Below, piece by piece: positions 23,545-32,383 of a stretch of DNA of 45,672 nt; the first letter of the stretch is position 1; the number at the start of each line of letters is the position of its first letter. The position numbers and the translations under genes are program-made. The notes beneath the pieces were generated by a model. That model searched no databases. It had not been told where the DNA came from and was given only the letters and a program-made list of their open reading frames with translations. Where the stretch lies: positions 1 through 45,672 of the forward strand of contig JAGWJT010000002.1 of NCBI GenBank assembly GCA_028865615.1. The letters are read 5' to 3'. Source of the stretch: Patescibacteria group bacterium (lineage in GTDB: Bacteria > Patescibacteriota > Minisyncoccia > Phycocordibacterales > PALSA-1337).

Positions 23545-23995
23545 GAAAAACTCTGGCAAGAAGAAGACTATCGTCCTCTGTTCTAGCGCCTCTTTCTACA
23601 AACAAGTCTTGGATGTGCGCGACGCATTGAAGAAGCTCGGTTTCAAAGTGCTCGTGCCGCTCACGGCAGGCAAGATGGAGAAGTCGGGTGATTTCAAAGT
23701 TGAGACGTACAAGACCTGGTTCGCCGACTCGAATGCCTACGACCGAAAGAGATTCCTGACAAAGCATCATTTCGACAAGATAGCGGAAGGCGATTCCATT
23801 CTAGTCTTGAATTACGAGAAGAACGGCAAGCCTGGATATATAGGCGGCGCTGTCCTCATGGAGATGGGCGTGGCTCTGCATCTAGGCAAGAAAGTATATA
23901 TCCTGAATCCGATAGACGAGACCGTGGGGTACAAAGAGGAGATATTGGGCATGTTGCCGGTCATACTCAACGGAGATTTGAATCTGATAAAATAA
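23528..23995 (+). CDS. nucleoside 2-deoxyribosyltransferase-like protein, paralog 2
   Basis: IVLCSS...ILVLNYEKNGKPGYIGGAVLMEMGVAL...VYIL is clearly paralogous to the previous ORF. The two overlap by 17 nt. Confidence 0.5.
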   Translation: MKKPTKKNSGKKKTIVLCSSASFYKQVLDVRDALKKLGFKVLVPLTAGKMEKSGDFKVETYKTWFADSNAYDRKRFLTKHHFDKIAEGDSILVLNYEKNGKPGYIGGAVLMEMGVALHLGKKVYILNPIDETVGYKEEILGMLPVILNGDLNLIK

Positions 23996-23999
23996 TCGC

Positions 24000-24614
24000 A
24001 TGAACCCCGCGAAGCACGACGCCATGAGGAAGATCCGCGACGAGCTCATGGAGTTCAGGGCGTCGCCATTGTATGAATACCGCACGAGCAACCATTATTT
24101 TCCCGTGGTAGGCGAGGGCAGTCATGATGCGGCCATCATGTTCGTGGGCGAAGCGCCTGGCCAGAATGAAGCCAAGACGGGGAGGCCGTTCTGCGGAGCA
24201 GCGGGTAAATTCTTGGACACTCTCATAGAGGGCATAGGCTTGAAGAGGGAACAGGTCTACATCACCAATATCGTCAAGGACCGACCGCCGGAGAACCGCG
24301 ACCCGACACCGGAGGAGATAGCCATGTATTCGCCGTTCCTGGACAGGCAGGTCAAGATCATCAAGCCGCGCGTCATCGCCACTTTAGGCCGCCTCAGCAT
24401 GGGCTATGTCATGCGACGCTATGACCTCGACTTGGAGCTGGAGCCTATCAGCAAGATACACGGCAAGACTTTTGAGACGGCATTCATAGACGAGAACAAC
24501 GAACAGCAGCCACTCACCATCGTCACTCTATATCATCCAGCCTCGGCCCTCTACAACGGCGGCATGCGCGATACCCACAAGAAGGATTTTGAGGTTTTGA
24601 AGAAGTTTTTGTGA
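24000..24614 (+). CDS. uracil-DNA glycosylase, family 4
   Basis: MFVGEAPGQNEAKTGRPFCGAAGKFLD and a late HPAS motif. Confidence 0.85.
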   Translation: MNPAKHDAMRKIRDELMEFRASPLYEYRTSNHYFPVVGEGSHDAAIMFVGEAPGQNEAKTGRPFCGAAGKFLDTLIEGIGLKREQVYITNIVKDRPPENRDPTPEEIAMYSPFLDRQVKIIKPRVIATLGRLSMGYVMRRYDLDLELEPISKIHGKTFETAFIDENNEQQPLTIVTLYHPASALYNGGMRDTHKKDFEVLKKFL

Positions 24615-24825
24615 TATTAGACACCATCTCAATCGAAACACATAAACACAAGAGAGCCCTCTGGCTCTCTTGAAGTGACATGGCTACCAATAATGACGAA
24701 ACCTCATAAGGATCCATATCGTCGTAAAACAGCGTAAGTCTATCAGATTCCAGCCATTTTGCACTTGACAAATACATGATGTATATGCCACTATAGCGTA
24801 GGCTAACAATTGAACAATTAACATT

Positions 24826-25053
24826 ATGATCGCCAAAATACACTTAATCAAACTACGCTCTCGTGCTGCCGAAATTGATTGTAAGGAATTTATTACTGCC
24901 ATCATCGGCGCTGTAAATGGTTCGGCTCGATTGAACGAGGAGCAACGAGCGTTCATCGACACCGCAATCTATCATTCCGCCACCGGCGAATACAAGGATG
25001 GTTTGTGGGCTGCGGCAATGCCCATCGCTACTTACATAAACACTTGCAAATGA
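24826..25053 (+). CDS. small hypothetical protein
   Basis: 75 codons in an AT-rich spacer, followed by a good terminator. No motif recognised. Confidence 0.4.
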   Translation: MIAKIHLIKLRSRAAEIDCKEFITAIIGAVNGSARLNEEQRAFIDTAIYHSATGEYKDGLWAAAMPIATYINTCK

Positions 25054-25072
25054 CCGGCATTCAGATCACACG

Positions 25073-25104
25073 AGCGGCCGCTAGTAACAGTTGGCCGCTT
25101 TTTC
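25073..25104 (+). terminator. intrinsic terminator
   Basis: AGCGGCC...GGCCGCT stem followed by TTTTTC. Confidence 0.7.
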
Positions 25105-25135
25105 ATTCATGGCCTTTTCGTGCTAATCTCTTTGC

Positions 25136-26992
25136 ATGAAGAACAAATCGCATTTCGAAGACGGCCGCACATTCCTGGACTATTTGAATGCGACATACTC
25201 GAAGTTGCACAAAGCCTACGAGGATGATTTCTGGACGTCGTACATGGGCGATCACAGTGTGGACAAGCGCATGAATGAGGCCCAGACGGCTAGAGACGCG
25301 TTCAGGGCGGATCCGAAATTGAAAGCCGAGGCAGAGCGGCTGGTCAAGGAATCAAAAGGCAAGACTGCCAGCGACAGGAAAATCAAAGACAGACTCAAGC
25401 TCTGGATACATTTCTTCAGCCTCTATCAAGCGCCGCCGCATGCCGCCGCCATCAAGGCCAAGGCCACGGCATTGGATGCGAAGATAATGAAGATCCAAAC
25501 ATCCATCAAAGAAGGATACACTGATCCGAAGACAAAAAAATTCGTCAGGGCTTCGCACAATCGCATGCGATTCATTATGCGCACGCATCCGGACGAGGCC
25601 GTGCGCAAGGCTTGCTTCAAAGCGCTGGAAAAACTGCCTTTCAATACTATCGATGAATACATCAAAGTCATCGGTTTGCGCAACGAATACGCCCGCGCTC
25701 TCGGTTTCAGCGATTTCTATGAATACAAAGCCCGCATAGACGAGAACATGACAAAGAAGGAGCTGTTCTCTATCTTCGACAAGATATACAAGCGGACGAA
25801 ATACGCATTCAAAGACATACGCTCACTGGAAAAGCGTATGGCCCAAGAAGGCAAACCCGGCTTGCGCAGGCCGTGGAATATGTCGTACATGTTGGCCGGC
25901 GATTTCGCCAAAGAAGAGGACCAGTACTACAGATTCGAGGATGCCTTGTCCTACTGGGGCCGTTCCTTCGCGGCATTAGGTATCGGTTTCAAAGGCGGGA
26001 CCGTTAAGCTCGACCTGCTAGACAGGAAGGGTAAGCATCACAACGGTTTTTGTCATTACCCGACATTGGTTCAATACAAAAATGGCAAACGTATTCCCGG
26101 CTCGAGCGGCATAGCTTCCAACACGGTCTTGAATCAACCCGGGGCCAATGTCCGCAATATAGACGTCCTCTTCCATGAGGGCGGCCACGCCGCAGACAGA
26201 TTGAACTCTATGCAACCGGATGCGTGCATAAACTCCGAATATCCGCCATCCAGCGTCTCCTGGGCCGAGACTCACAGCATGTTCATGGACGCTATGTATC
26301 ACAGCATCGAGTGGCGCACCCGCTATGCAAAAGATGAAAAAGGGGAGCCGTATCCGTTCGATCTGTTCGAGAGGAAATTGAAAGCCATACAGCCATTGAG
26401 GCCGCTCGGCTTGATGTACATCATATTCGTGGTCTTTTTCGAGAAGGAAGTCTATGAATGCAAACGTTTGACGCGAACCAAACTCATAGAGATCGCCAAG
26501 CGCTTGTCACGCAAATATAGCGATTATTCCGAAGACACCATAAATATCCTGAATCTGCCGCACATATATTCTTGGGAGTCGTCCGCGTACTACCACGGCT
26601 ACGGCCTAGCCGAGCTCGGCGTATCGCAGTGGCGGGAATATTTTTACATGAAATACGGCTATATAGTAGACAACTCGAAAGTCGGAGCCGAGATGACGAG
26701 GATGTGGTCGTACGCGTCGCTGTATCCGGCCAAAAAGCTGGTCAAGATGGCTACGGGCAAGCCGTTGAGTCCCGAGGCATTTATAAGAGACGTCACCGAT
26801 TCATATGACACCGTCATAAAGCGAGCCGAAGCCAAGATAGAGCGGCTCAAGAAAGTCCCTCAATTCAAAGGAAAAATCGACCTGGACGGCCACATCATCA
26901 TAGTCCACGGCAAAAATAATATAACAGACAATTCCAAGGGCTTCGAACACATGGACAAGAAGTATCGTGAGTGGCTGAAGACAGTGAAATAA
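25136..26992 (+). CDS. zinc metallopeptidase, M3-like (oligoendopeptidase F-type)
   Basis: 618 aa with an HExxH motif (FHEGGHAAD). The family assignment is from overall size and layout only. Confidence 0.6.
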   Translation: MKNKSHFEDGRTFLDYLNATYSKLHKAYEDDFWTSYMGDHSVDKRMNEAQTARDAFRADPKLKAEAERLVKESKGKTASDRKIKDRLKLWIHFFSLYQAPPHAAAIKAKATALDAKIMKIQTSIKEGYTDPKTKKFVRASHNRMRFIMRTHPDEAVRKACFKALEKLPFNTIDEYIKVIGLRNEYARALGFSDFYEYKARIDENMTKKELFSIFDKIYKRTKYAFKDIRSLEKRMAQEGKPGLRRPWNMSYMLAGDFAKEEDQYYRFEDALSYWGRSFAALGIGFKGGTVKLDLLDRKGKHHNGFCHYPTLVQYKNGKRIPGSSGIASNTVLNQPGANVRNIDVLFHEGGHAADRLNSMQPDACINSEYPPSSVSWAETHSMFMDAMYHSIEWRTRYAKDEKGEPYPFDLFERKLKAIQPLRPLGLMYIIFVVFFEKEVYECKRLTRTKLIEIAKRLSRKYSDYSEDTINILNLPHIYSWESSAYYHGYGLAELGVSQWREYFYMKYGYIVDNSKVGAEMTRMWSYASLYPAKKLVKMATGKPLSPEAFIRDVTDSYDTVIKRAEAKIERLKKVPQFKGKIDLDGHIIIVHGKNNITDNSKGFEHMDKKYREWLKTVK

Positions 26993-27018
26993 TCCTAGAA
27001 ATTTGCTAGCATGTCCGC

Positions 27019-28917
27019 ATGACTTCATCGGAAATACGTACACGTTTCTTGCGTTTTTTTGATAAACGCGGGCATACGGTCATACCGTCTGCGTCGCTCG
27101 TCACATCGGATGAAAAAGGCATCACCAACCCGACGCTTTTCAACACGGCCGGTATGCAACCGTTGATCCCATATCTCCTAGGAAAACCGTACGAAAAAGA
27201 CGGCAAGGTCATCACTCGACTGGTCGACTCGCAGAAATGTTTGCGTACCACCGATCTGGATGACGTGGGTGACAAGCGTCACGCTACGTTCTTTGAAATG
27301 CTGGGGAATTGGTCGCTCGGCGATTATTTCAAACGCGAGGCCATAGAGTGGAGCTTCGAATTTTTGACTTCACAAACAGAGGGACTTGGCCTCGATCCGC
27401 ACAAGCTATACGTGACAGTCTTTGAAGGCGACCTCAATGCGCCACGCGATGATGAGGCCTCGGGAATTTGGCGTGAAATTTTCAAAAAAAATAATATCGA
27501 TTGTGGCGGTGACACTTCAAAAGGCGAGAAAGGCCGCATCTTCTTCATGCCGGCAAAGAACAATTGGTGGGAAGCCGGCGACAACGGCCCCTGCGGCCCG
27601 GATTCAGAGATGTTCTTTGACGCTATCGACAGATTCAAAGGCGGATTGATCTCGCTAGAAGACTATATAGACGCCGAAGACAAGAGCGACCTTGTCGAAG
27701 TCTGGAACGACGTATTCATGCAATATGAGAAAAAAGACGGCAAAGTCGTCGGCAAACTTCCCAAGCCGTCTGTTGATACTGGTGCTGGTTTAGAGAGATT
27801 GGCTATGACTATGCAGGGGGTGGATAATATTTATGACACGGATTTGTTGAAACCAGTGATGGATTTGATGTCCGATGATTCCTTGACTGTAAAAAATAAA
27901 CGAATAATTGCCGATCATTTACGCGCCAGTGCTTTTCTCATCACTGATGGTGTGACGCCATCCAACACCGATCGTGGTTATATTTTGCGCCGTTTAATTC
28001 GCCGCGCCATCGTAAATACAAGTGACAAAAAATTTGATAAGAGTGGCACGATCGCCGTAGTCGATGCATTGATTTCCACTTACAAGGATGCATATCCAGA
28101 CCTTGAAGCAAAAAAGGATCTTGTTGTGGAAACGATCACCACTGAGGCAGTGAAATTTGAAAAGACTATCAATGATGCAATACACGAGTTCAACAAACTC
28201 ATAAACGAGCAGGATGCTCATCAACTGACGGCAAATATAGCTTTTATATTATTCACTTCGTTTGGATTACCACTAGAGATCACTCTTGAACTTGCAACAA
28301 TAAAAAAACCAATCGCAGTTGAGGATAACATAAGCGAAAAATTTACTAAACTTATGTCCGAACACCAAGCCCTCTCCCGCGCCGGTGCCGAACAGAAGTT
28401 CAAGGGCGGCCTGGCGGATGCGAATGACCCGATGGTCGTCCGCTACCATACCGCTACGCATTTGCTCCATCAGGCATTGCACGACGTCCTAGGCGAAGAA
28501 ATCGGCAATCAGAAAGGCTCGAACATCACCGCCGACAGGCTGCGCTTCGACTTTACCGGAATCAAGCTGACGGAAGAACAGAAGAAGCGCGTCGAGGACA
28601 TCGTGAACGACAAGATAGCGGCGGCTTTGCCTGTGAACAAAATCGTGATGCCGCTTTCAGAGGCCGAAAAGACCGGCGCCAGGCACTTCTTCGGGGAGAA
28701 ATATAGCGACAATGTGTCCATTTACTTCATCGGGAAGGCCTCAAATCCGCCGGCCGTCGAGGATCTGGCAACCGCGTATTCCAAGGAATTCTGCGGCGGG
28801 CCGCATGTCTCCAATACCAAAGAGCTCTCCGGTCCGGAAGGGAAATGGCGGTTCAAGATACAGAAGGAGGAAGCTGTGGCTCAAGGCGTCCGCAGGATCA
28901 AGGCTGTTCTCGCGTAA
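27019..28917 (+). CDS. alaS: alanine--tRNA ligase, short form without the C-Ala domain
   Basis: N-terminus SSEIRTRFLRFFDKRGH, core FFEMLGNWSLGDYFK, editing-domain motifs HTATHLLH and CGGPHV. It ends at ...GVRRIKAVLA. Confidence 0.92.
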   Translation: MTSSEIRTRFLRFFDKRGHTVIPSASLVTSDEKGITNPTLFNTAGMQPLIPYLLGKPYEKDGKVITRLVDSQKCLRTTDLDDVGDKRHATFFEMLGNWSLGDYFKREAIEWSFEFLTSQTEGLGLDPHKLYVTVFEGDLNAPRDDEASGIWREIFKKNNIDCGGDTSKGEKGRIFFMPAKNNWWEAGDNGPCGPDSEMFFDAIDRFKGGLISLEDYIDAEDKSDLVEVWNDVFMQYEKKDGKVVGKLPKPSVDTGAGLERLAMTMQGVDNIYDTDLLKPVMDLMSDDSLTVKNKRIIADHLRASAFLITDGVTPSNTDRGYILRRLIRRAIVNTSDKKFDKSGTIAVVDALISTYKDAYPDLEAKKDLVVETITTEAVKFEKTINDAIHEFNKLINEQDAHQLTANIAFILFTSFGLPLEITLELATIKKPIAVEDNISEKFTKLMSEHQALSRAGAEQKFKGGLADANDPMVVRYHTATHLLHQALHDVLGEEIGNQKGSNITADRLRFDFTGIKLTEEQKKRVEDIVNDKIAAALPVNKIVMPLSEAEKTGARHFFGEKYSDNVSIYFIGKASNPPAVEDLATAYSKEFCGGPHVSNTKELSGPEGKWRFKIQKEEAVAQGVRRIKAVLA

Positions 28918-28965
28918 GGTGCGCCATCGATTTATCGAGGCCGCACCTTGTGTTATAATCTCGGC

Positions 28966-30126
28966 ATGTTCTTCTTCCGCAAGACTTCGGGAAAAACCAT
29001 TCTGATGATAGAGATCCAGAGTTCTCTAGTAAGGGCGTCGCTTGTTTGGTTCCGACCGGACAAACATCCATATATATTATACGACGGCAGCCGTTACGTT
29101 CCGCACGGCCACAAAGCCGGAAATGATCGGCTCGTGGCCGGAGTGCTCGAGGCGATAACCGAGTCTCTGGACGAAGCCAAAAGATACTATTCTTCTATCA
29201 AGAACGCCGGAACGTTCGATCATATCCCTAGGCACATATCTGAAACGCATTTCATATTGTCTTCGCCGTGGATGATCTCCAGAGCCAGAACTGTCTCGGT
29301 GGCTTTTGAGCACCCAACCAAGATAACCAGGAGATACGTAGAGGGATTGCTGGCAGCAGAGAGACGCAAGATAGACCCGGACGAAACTCATGACCACAAT
29401 GTATCCATAATCGAAGAAAAGATACTCGAAGTCAGGCTCAACGGCTATCCCATATCCGATTGGAAGGATAGGGAAGCCGCCAGATTGGATCTATCTTATG
29501 CGGTCACTGCCGGAGGGGAGACTATAGATAGGTTCCGCCGGGCGTGCAGTCGCATTTCCTGGCGGGATTCGATCTACTTTCATTCGTCGCTACTGTTGGA
29601 ATACGCGGGCATAAGCGCCATGAAGCCCGGCGAGCGTTCATATTTCATAGTCAACGTACACGGCAAGATGACTGACATGGCGTCTATCAAGGAAGGCGTC
29701 TGTGTTTTTTTCGGTTCTTTTCCTATAGGCGTGAGGACGATCATCAAAGATGTATCTTCCGCCATGAAAACAGACATGGGTACCGCCGAATCTGCCATCT
29801 CGCTTTACATAGGTGAAAAATTCGATGAAGCCCATTCCGGCTCGATAGCGGAAGCAGTGGGCAAAGCCTCATCCGCATGGATACGCGAATATGCCAAGAT
29901 GGCCACCGAGGCCGGATACTCCAACGGCTTGCCTATGAAAGCCATGATATACGCCAAAGATCACGAAGACCTGTTCGTCGAGGCTATACGTAGATCATAC
30001 CCGACGGAAAATCCCACGGTATTGTCTATGGATGACGTAGCGGAAAAAGTGTCATTCGATCCGCACGCCGAACAGCTCCGCATGGTGGGACTATACGCCA
30101 CAGCCATAGGAAGCCTTACGATGTGA
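28966..30126 (+). CDS. hypothetical protein, possibly a degenerate FtsA/PilM-like actin fold
   Basis: TGtTATAAT lies 6 nt upstream of ATG 28966. LMIEIQSSLVRASLV and FIVNVHGKMTDMASIKEG...FPIGVRTII resemble the phosphate-1/2 strands of ASKHA ATPases, but the glycine motifs are missing. Confidence 0.55.
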   Translation: MFFFRKTSGKTILMIEIQSSLVRASLVWFRPDKHPYILYDGSRYVPHGHKAGNDRLVAGVLEAITESLDEAKRYYSSIKNAGTFDHIPRHISETHFILSSPWMISRARTVSVAFEHPTKITRRYVEGLLAAERRKIDPDETHDHNVSIIEEKILEVRLNGYPISDWKDREAARLDLSYAVTAGGETIDRFRRACSRISWRDSIYFHSSLLLEYAGISAMKPGERSYFIVNVHGKMTDMASIKEGVCVFFGSFPIGVRTIIKDVSSAMKTDMGTAESAISLYIGEKFDEAHSGSIAEAVGKASSAWIREYAKMATEAGYSNGLPMKAMIYAKDHEDLFVEAIRRSYPTENPTVLSMDDVAEKVSFDPHAEQLRMVGLYATAIGSLTM

Positions 30127-30139
30127 TATCATCATATAT

Positions 30140-31507
30140 ATGCCAAAAAGAATCGAAGACATGGTACCGGGAAATAGACGTTCAATCAGGGAAGTGCCAT
30201 TGGAATCCAAGGCGCAGCGTGCGCACAATTCGGACAGGACCGGACCTTCCGAAAGAGAGACCGACATACCTATCCACCGCATACACCTCACGCCTCCGCC
30301 GGACAGGAAAAAACGCGTCGAGCGGCCCGACCGAAACCACAATAGACGCAGGATATGGCTGGCATTGGCAGTGATTGTCGTGCTGGTTATCGCTACCGCG
30401 GCGTTTGCGACGTCGTCTTCATTGGCCAAAGCTTCGTTCACGATCACGCCAAATATCTTGCCCGTACAGGCTGATTCGACCATAGTCGCCACGGGCACTT
30501 CTACACCTGGTTACCTGACTTATACCGTCATACAAGTGAGCGGCACAGCCACAACATCTGCATTGTCCGTAGACGGACCGTATGTTTCGACCAAAGCTAC
30601 CGGCAAGATCCGCCTATACAACGCTTATTCGGCTTCTAGCCAAAGGCTCATCGCCGGCACAAGGTTGACTGATGATTCCGGATTGATATACAGACTCACC
30701 GGCTCCGTGGTCATCCCGGGATACAAGGCTTCCGGCAAAGACAATATTCCCGGCACCATCACAGCCGCCGTGATCGCGGACCAGCCAGGCACCGATTATA
30801 ACGTGAGCGGCCGTGACAACATTAGCGACTTCAAGATCGTTGCATGGAAAGGCACTCCCAAATATGACTACTTCTATGGCCGACTTGTCTCTGATATTAC
30901 CGGCGGATTCGCCGGCATAAGGAAGACCGTATCCAAGAACGATCTGGCGTCTGCCGATGCAAAATTGCGTTCGGATCTGGCCTCAAGCCTGGGCGCAAAG
31001 CTGGTTCTGGAAGTCCCCACTGGGTACATACTGCTATCCGGGGCGACTACTTCCTCGTTCGGACCGGCCGTCGTCGGCGGGACCGTTTCCGGCAAAGCGG
31101 ACATATCGATGGAAAGCACTTTGTACGGCATTATATTCAAGACCTCCGATCTTGCAGAGAAACTATCGGGTAACAAAGCCGTGGAAGGGTTCTCTCCATA
31201 TGGGTATACAGCCCCCGGTCTGGATGATGTCTCTCTGACCATAACTAATCCGAGCACATTCTCGCCGGCAAAAGGCAACAGCCTCATAGCCAAAGTAGCG
31301 GGAAATTTCGATCTGGTAGGGACGGTTCCTGTAAATGAGATCCGGTCGAAATTGGCCGGCATATCCTTGTCCGACACTCGCAAAGTCCTTGCATCTTATG
31401 CTTCAGTGGTAGATTTGAACCAAAGTTCAGGCGAACTTTTCCCGGCTTGGGCATCCACAGTCCCTAAGGATCCTAGCCGCATATCCATAAAGATCAACGG
31501 CAAATGA
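30140..31507 (+). CDS. hypothetical single-pass membrane protein with large Thr/Ser/Gly-rich ectodomain
   Basis: 455 aa: basic cytoplasmic N-terminus, one TM helix (IWLALAVIVVLVIATAAF), then about 360 beta-rich residues. Confidence 0.65.
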   Translation: MPKRIEDMVPGNRRSIREVPLESKAQRAHNSDRTGPSERETDIPIHRIHLTPPPDRKKRVERPDRNHNRRRIWLALAVIVVLVIATAAFATSSSLAKASFTITPNILPVQADSTIVATGTSTPGYLTYTVIQVSGTATTSALSVDGPYVSTKATGKIRLYNAYSASSQRLIAGTRLTDDSGLIYRLTGSVVIPGYKASGKDNIPGTITAAVIADQPGTDYNVSGRDNISDFKIVAWKGTPKYDYFYGRLVSDITGGFAGIRKTVSKNDLASADAKLRSDLASSLGAKLVLEVPTGYILLSGATTSSFGPAVVGGTVSGKADISMESTLYGIIFKTSDLAEKLSGNKAVEGFSPYGYTAPGLDDVSLTITNPSTFSPAKGNSLIAKVAGNFDLVGTVPVNEIRSKLAGISLSDTRKVLASYASVVDLNQSSGELFPAWASTVPKDPSRISIKINGK

Positions 31508-31576
31508 ACGGTAAAAACCCCAAGCTATTGACTCCGGAACCATATATCTGCTAGTATTCAGAAACGCGCTCATCGC

Positions 31577-31798
31577 ATGGACAAAGTCGTCAAACCAAAG
31601 AACAACTCGACCGGCGTAGTCGTAGAGGCCCTGCCGGACACGATGTTCCGTGTTCAGGTAGACGGCAAGGATGCTATTATCATGGCATACTTGGCAGGCA
31701 AGATGAGGATGAACCGCATACGTGTCCTCGTCGGCGACAAGGTAGAGCTGACAGAAGATCCTTATGGGGGCAAGGCGCGCATTACAAGAAGGCTATAA
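31577..31798 (+). CDS. infA: translation initiation factor IF-1
   Basis: S1-like fold: [18 protein letters not shown]...[14 protein letters not shown]. Confidence 0.92.
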   Translation: MDKVVKPKNNSTGVVVEALPDTMFRVQVDGKDAIIMAYLAGKMRMNRIRVLVGDKVELTEDPYGGKARITRRL

Positions 31799-31826
31799 GC
31801 AAACTTTAGGCATAAAAATACGCAAA

Positions 31827-31943
31827 ATGCGAGTAAGAGCCGCAGTGAAGAAGATTTGCCCGAAATGCACCGTCGTCAGGAGAGGCGGGTATGTTTATGT
31901 AGTCTGCAAAGCCAATCCTCGCCACAAACAGAGGCAAGGATAG
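31827..31943 (+). CDS. rpmJ: 50S ribosomal protein L36
   Basis: Translated by hand: [38 protein letters not shown]. It is below the ORF-track size cutoff. Confidence 0.9.
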   Translation: MRVRAAVKKICPKCTVVRRGGYVYVVCKANPRHKQRQG

Positions 31944-31970
31944 CATCCGCAATCATAATCCTGACTTTCA

Positions 31971-32351
31971 ATGAGAATACTAGGCATAACACTTCCGGAA
32001 AATAAGCGCATGGGCATAGCCCTCACGGCTATATATGGCATAGGCCGATCGCGCGCTTTATTCATCCTTGCCAAAGCCGATGTCGATCCCGACATAAAAG
32101 CCGGCAAGCTCACGGTCGACCAGGAAAACTCCATCCGCAAGATAATCGAGGGATTCAAGATAGAGGGCGATCTCAAGCGCGAAGTGGCTTCCAATATAAA
32201 GCGCCTGAAGGATATCAAGACCTACAGAGGCATACGCCACTCCAGACACTTGCCGACGCGGGGTCAGCGCACAAAGACCAATTCCAGGACGGTACGAGGC
32301 AACGTAAGGAAGACCATGGGATCGGGTAAGCGCAAGGAAGAGAAGAAATAA
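31971..32351 (+). CDS. rpsM: 30S ribosomal protein S13
   Basis: MRILGITLPENKRMGIALTAIYGIGRSRA. Confidence 0.93.
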   Translation: MRILGITLPENKRMGIALTAIYGIGRSRALFILAKADVDPDIKAGKLTVDQENSIRKIIEGFKIEGDLKREVASNIKRLKDIKTYRGIRHSRHLPTRGQRTKTNSRTVRGNVRKTMGSGKRKEEKK

Positions 32352-32383
32352 ACATCAGACTATAAACAGCAAAACCAACCAAA

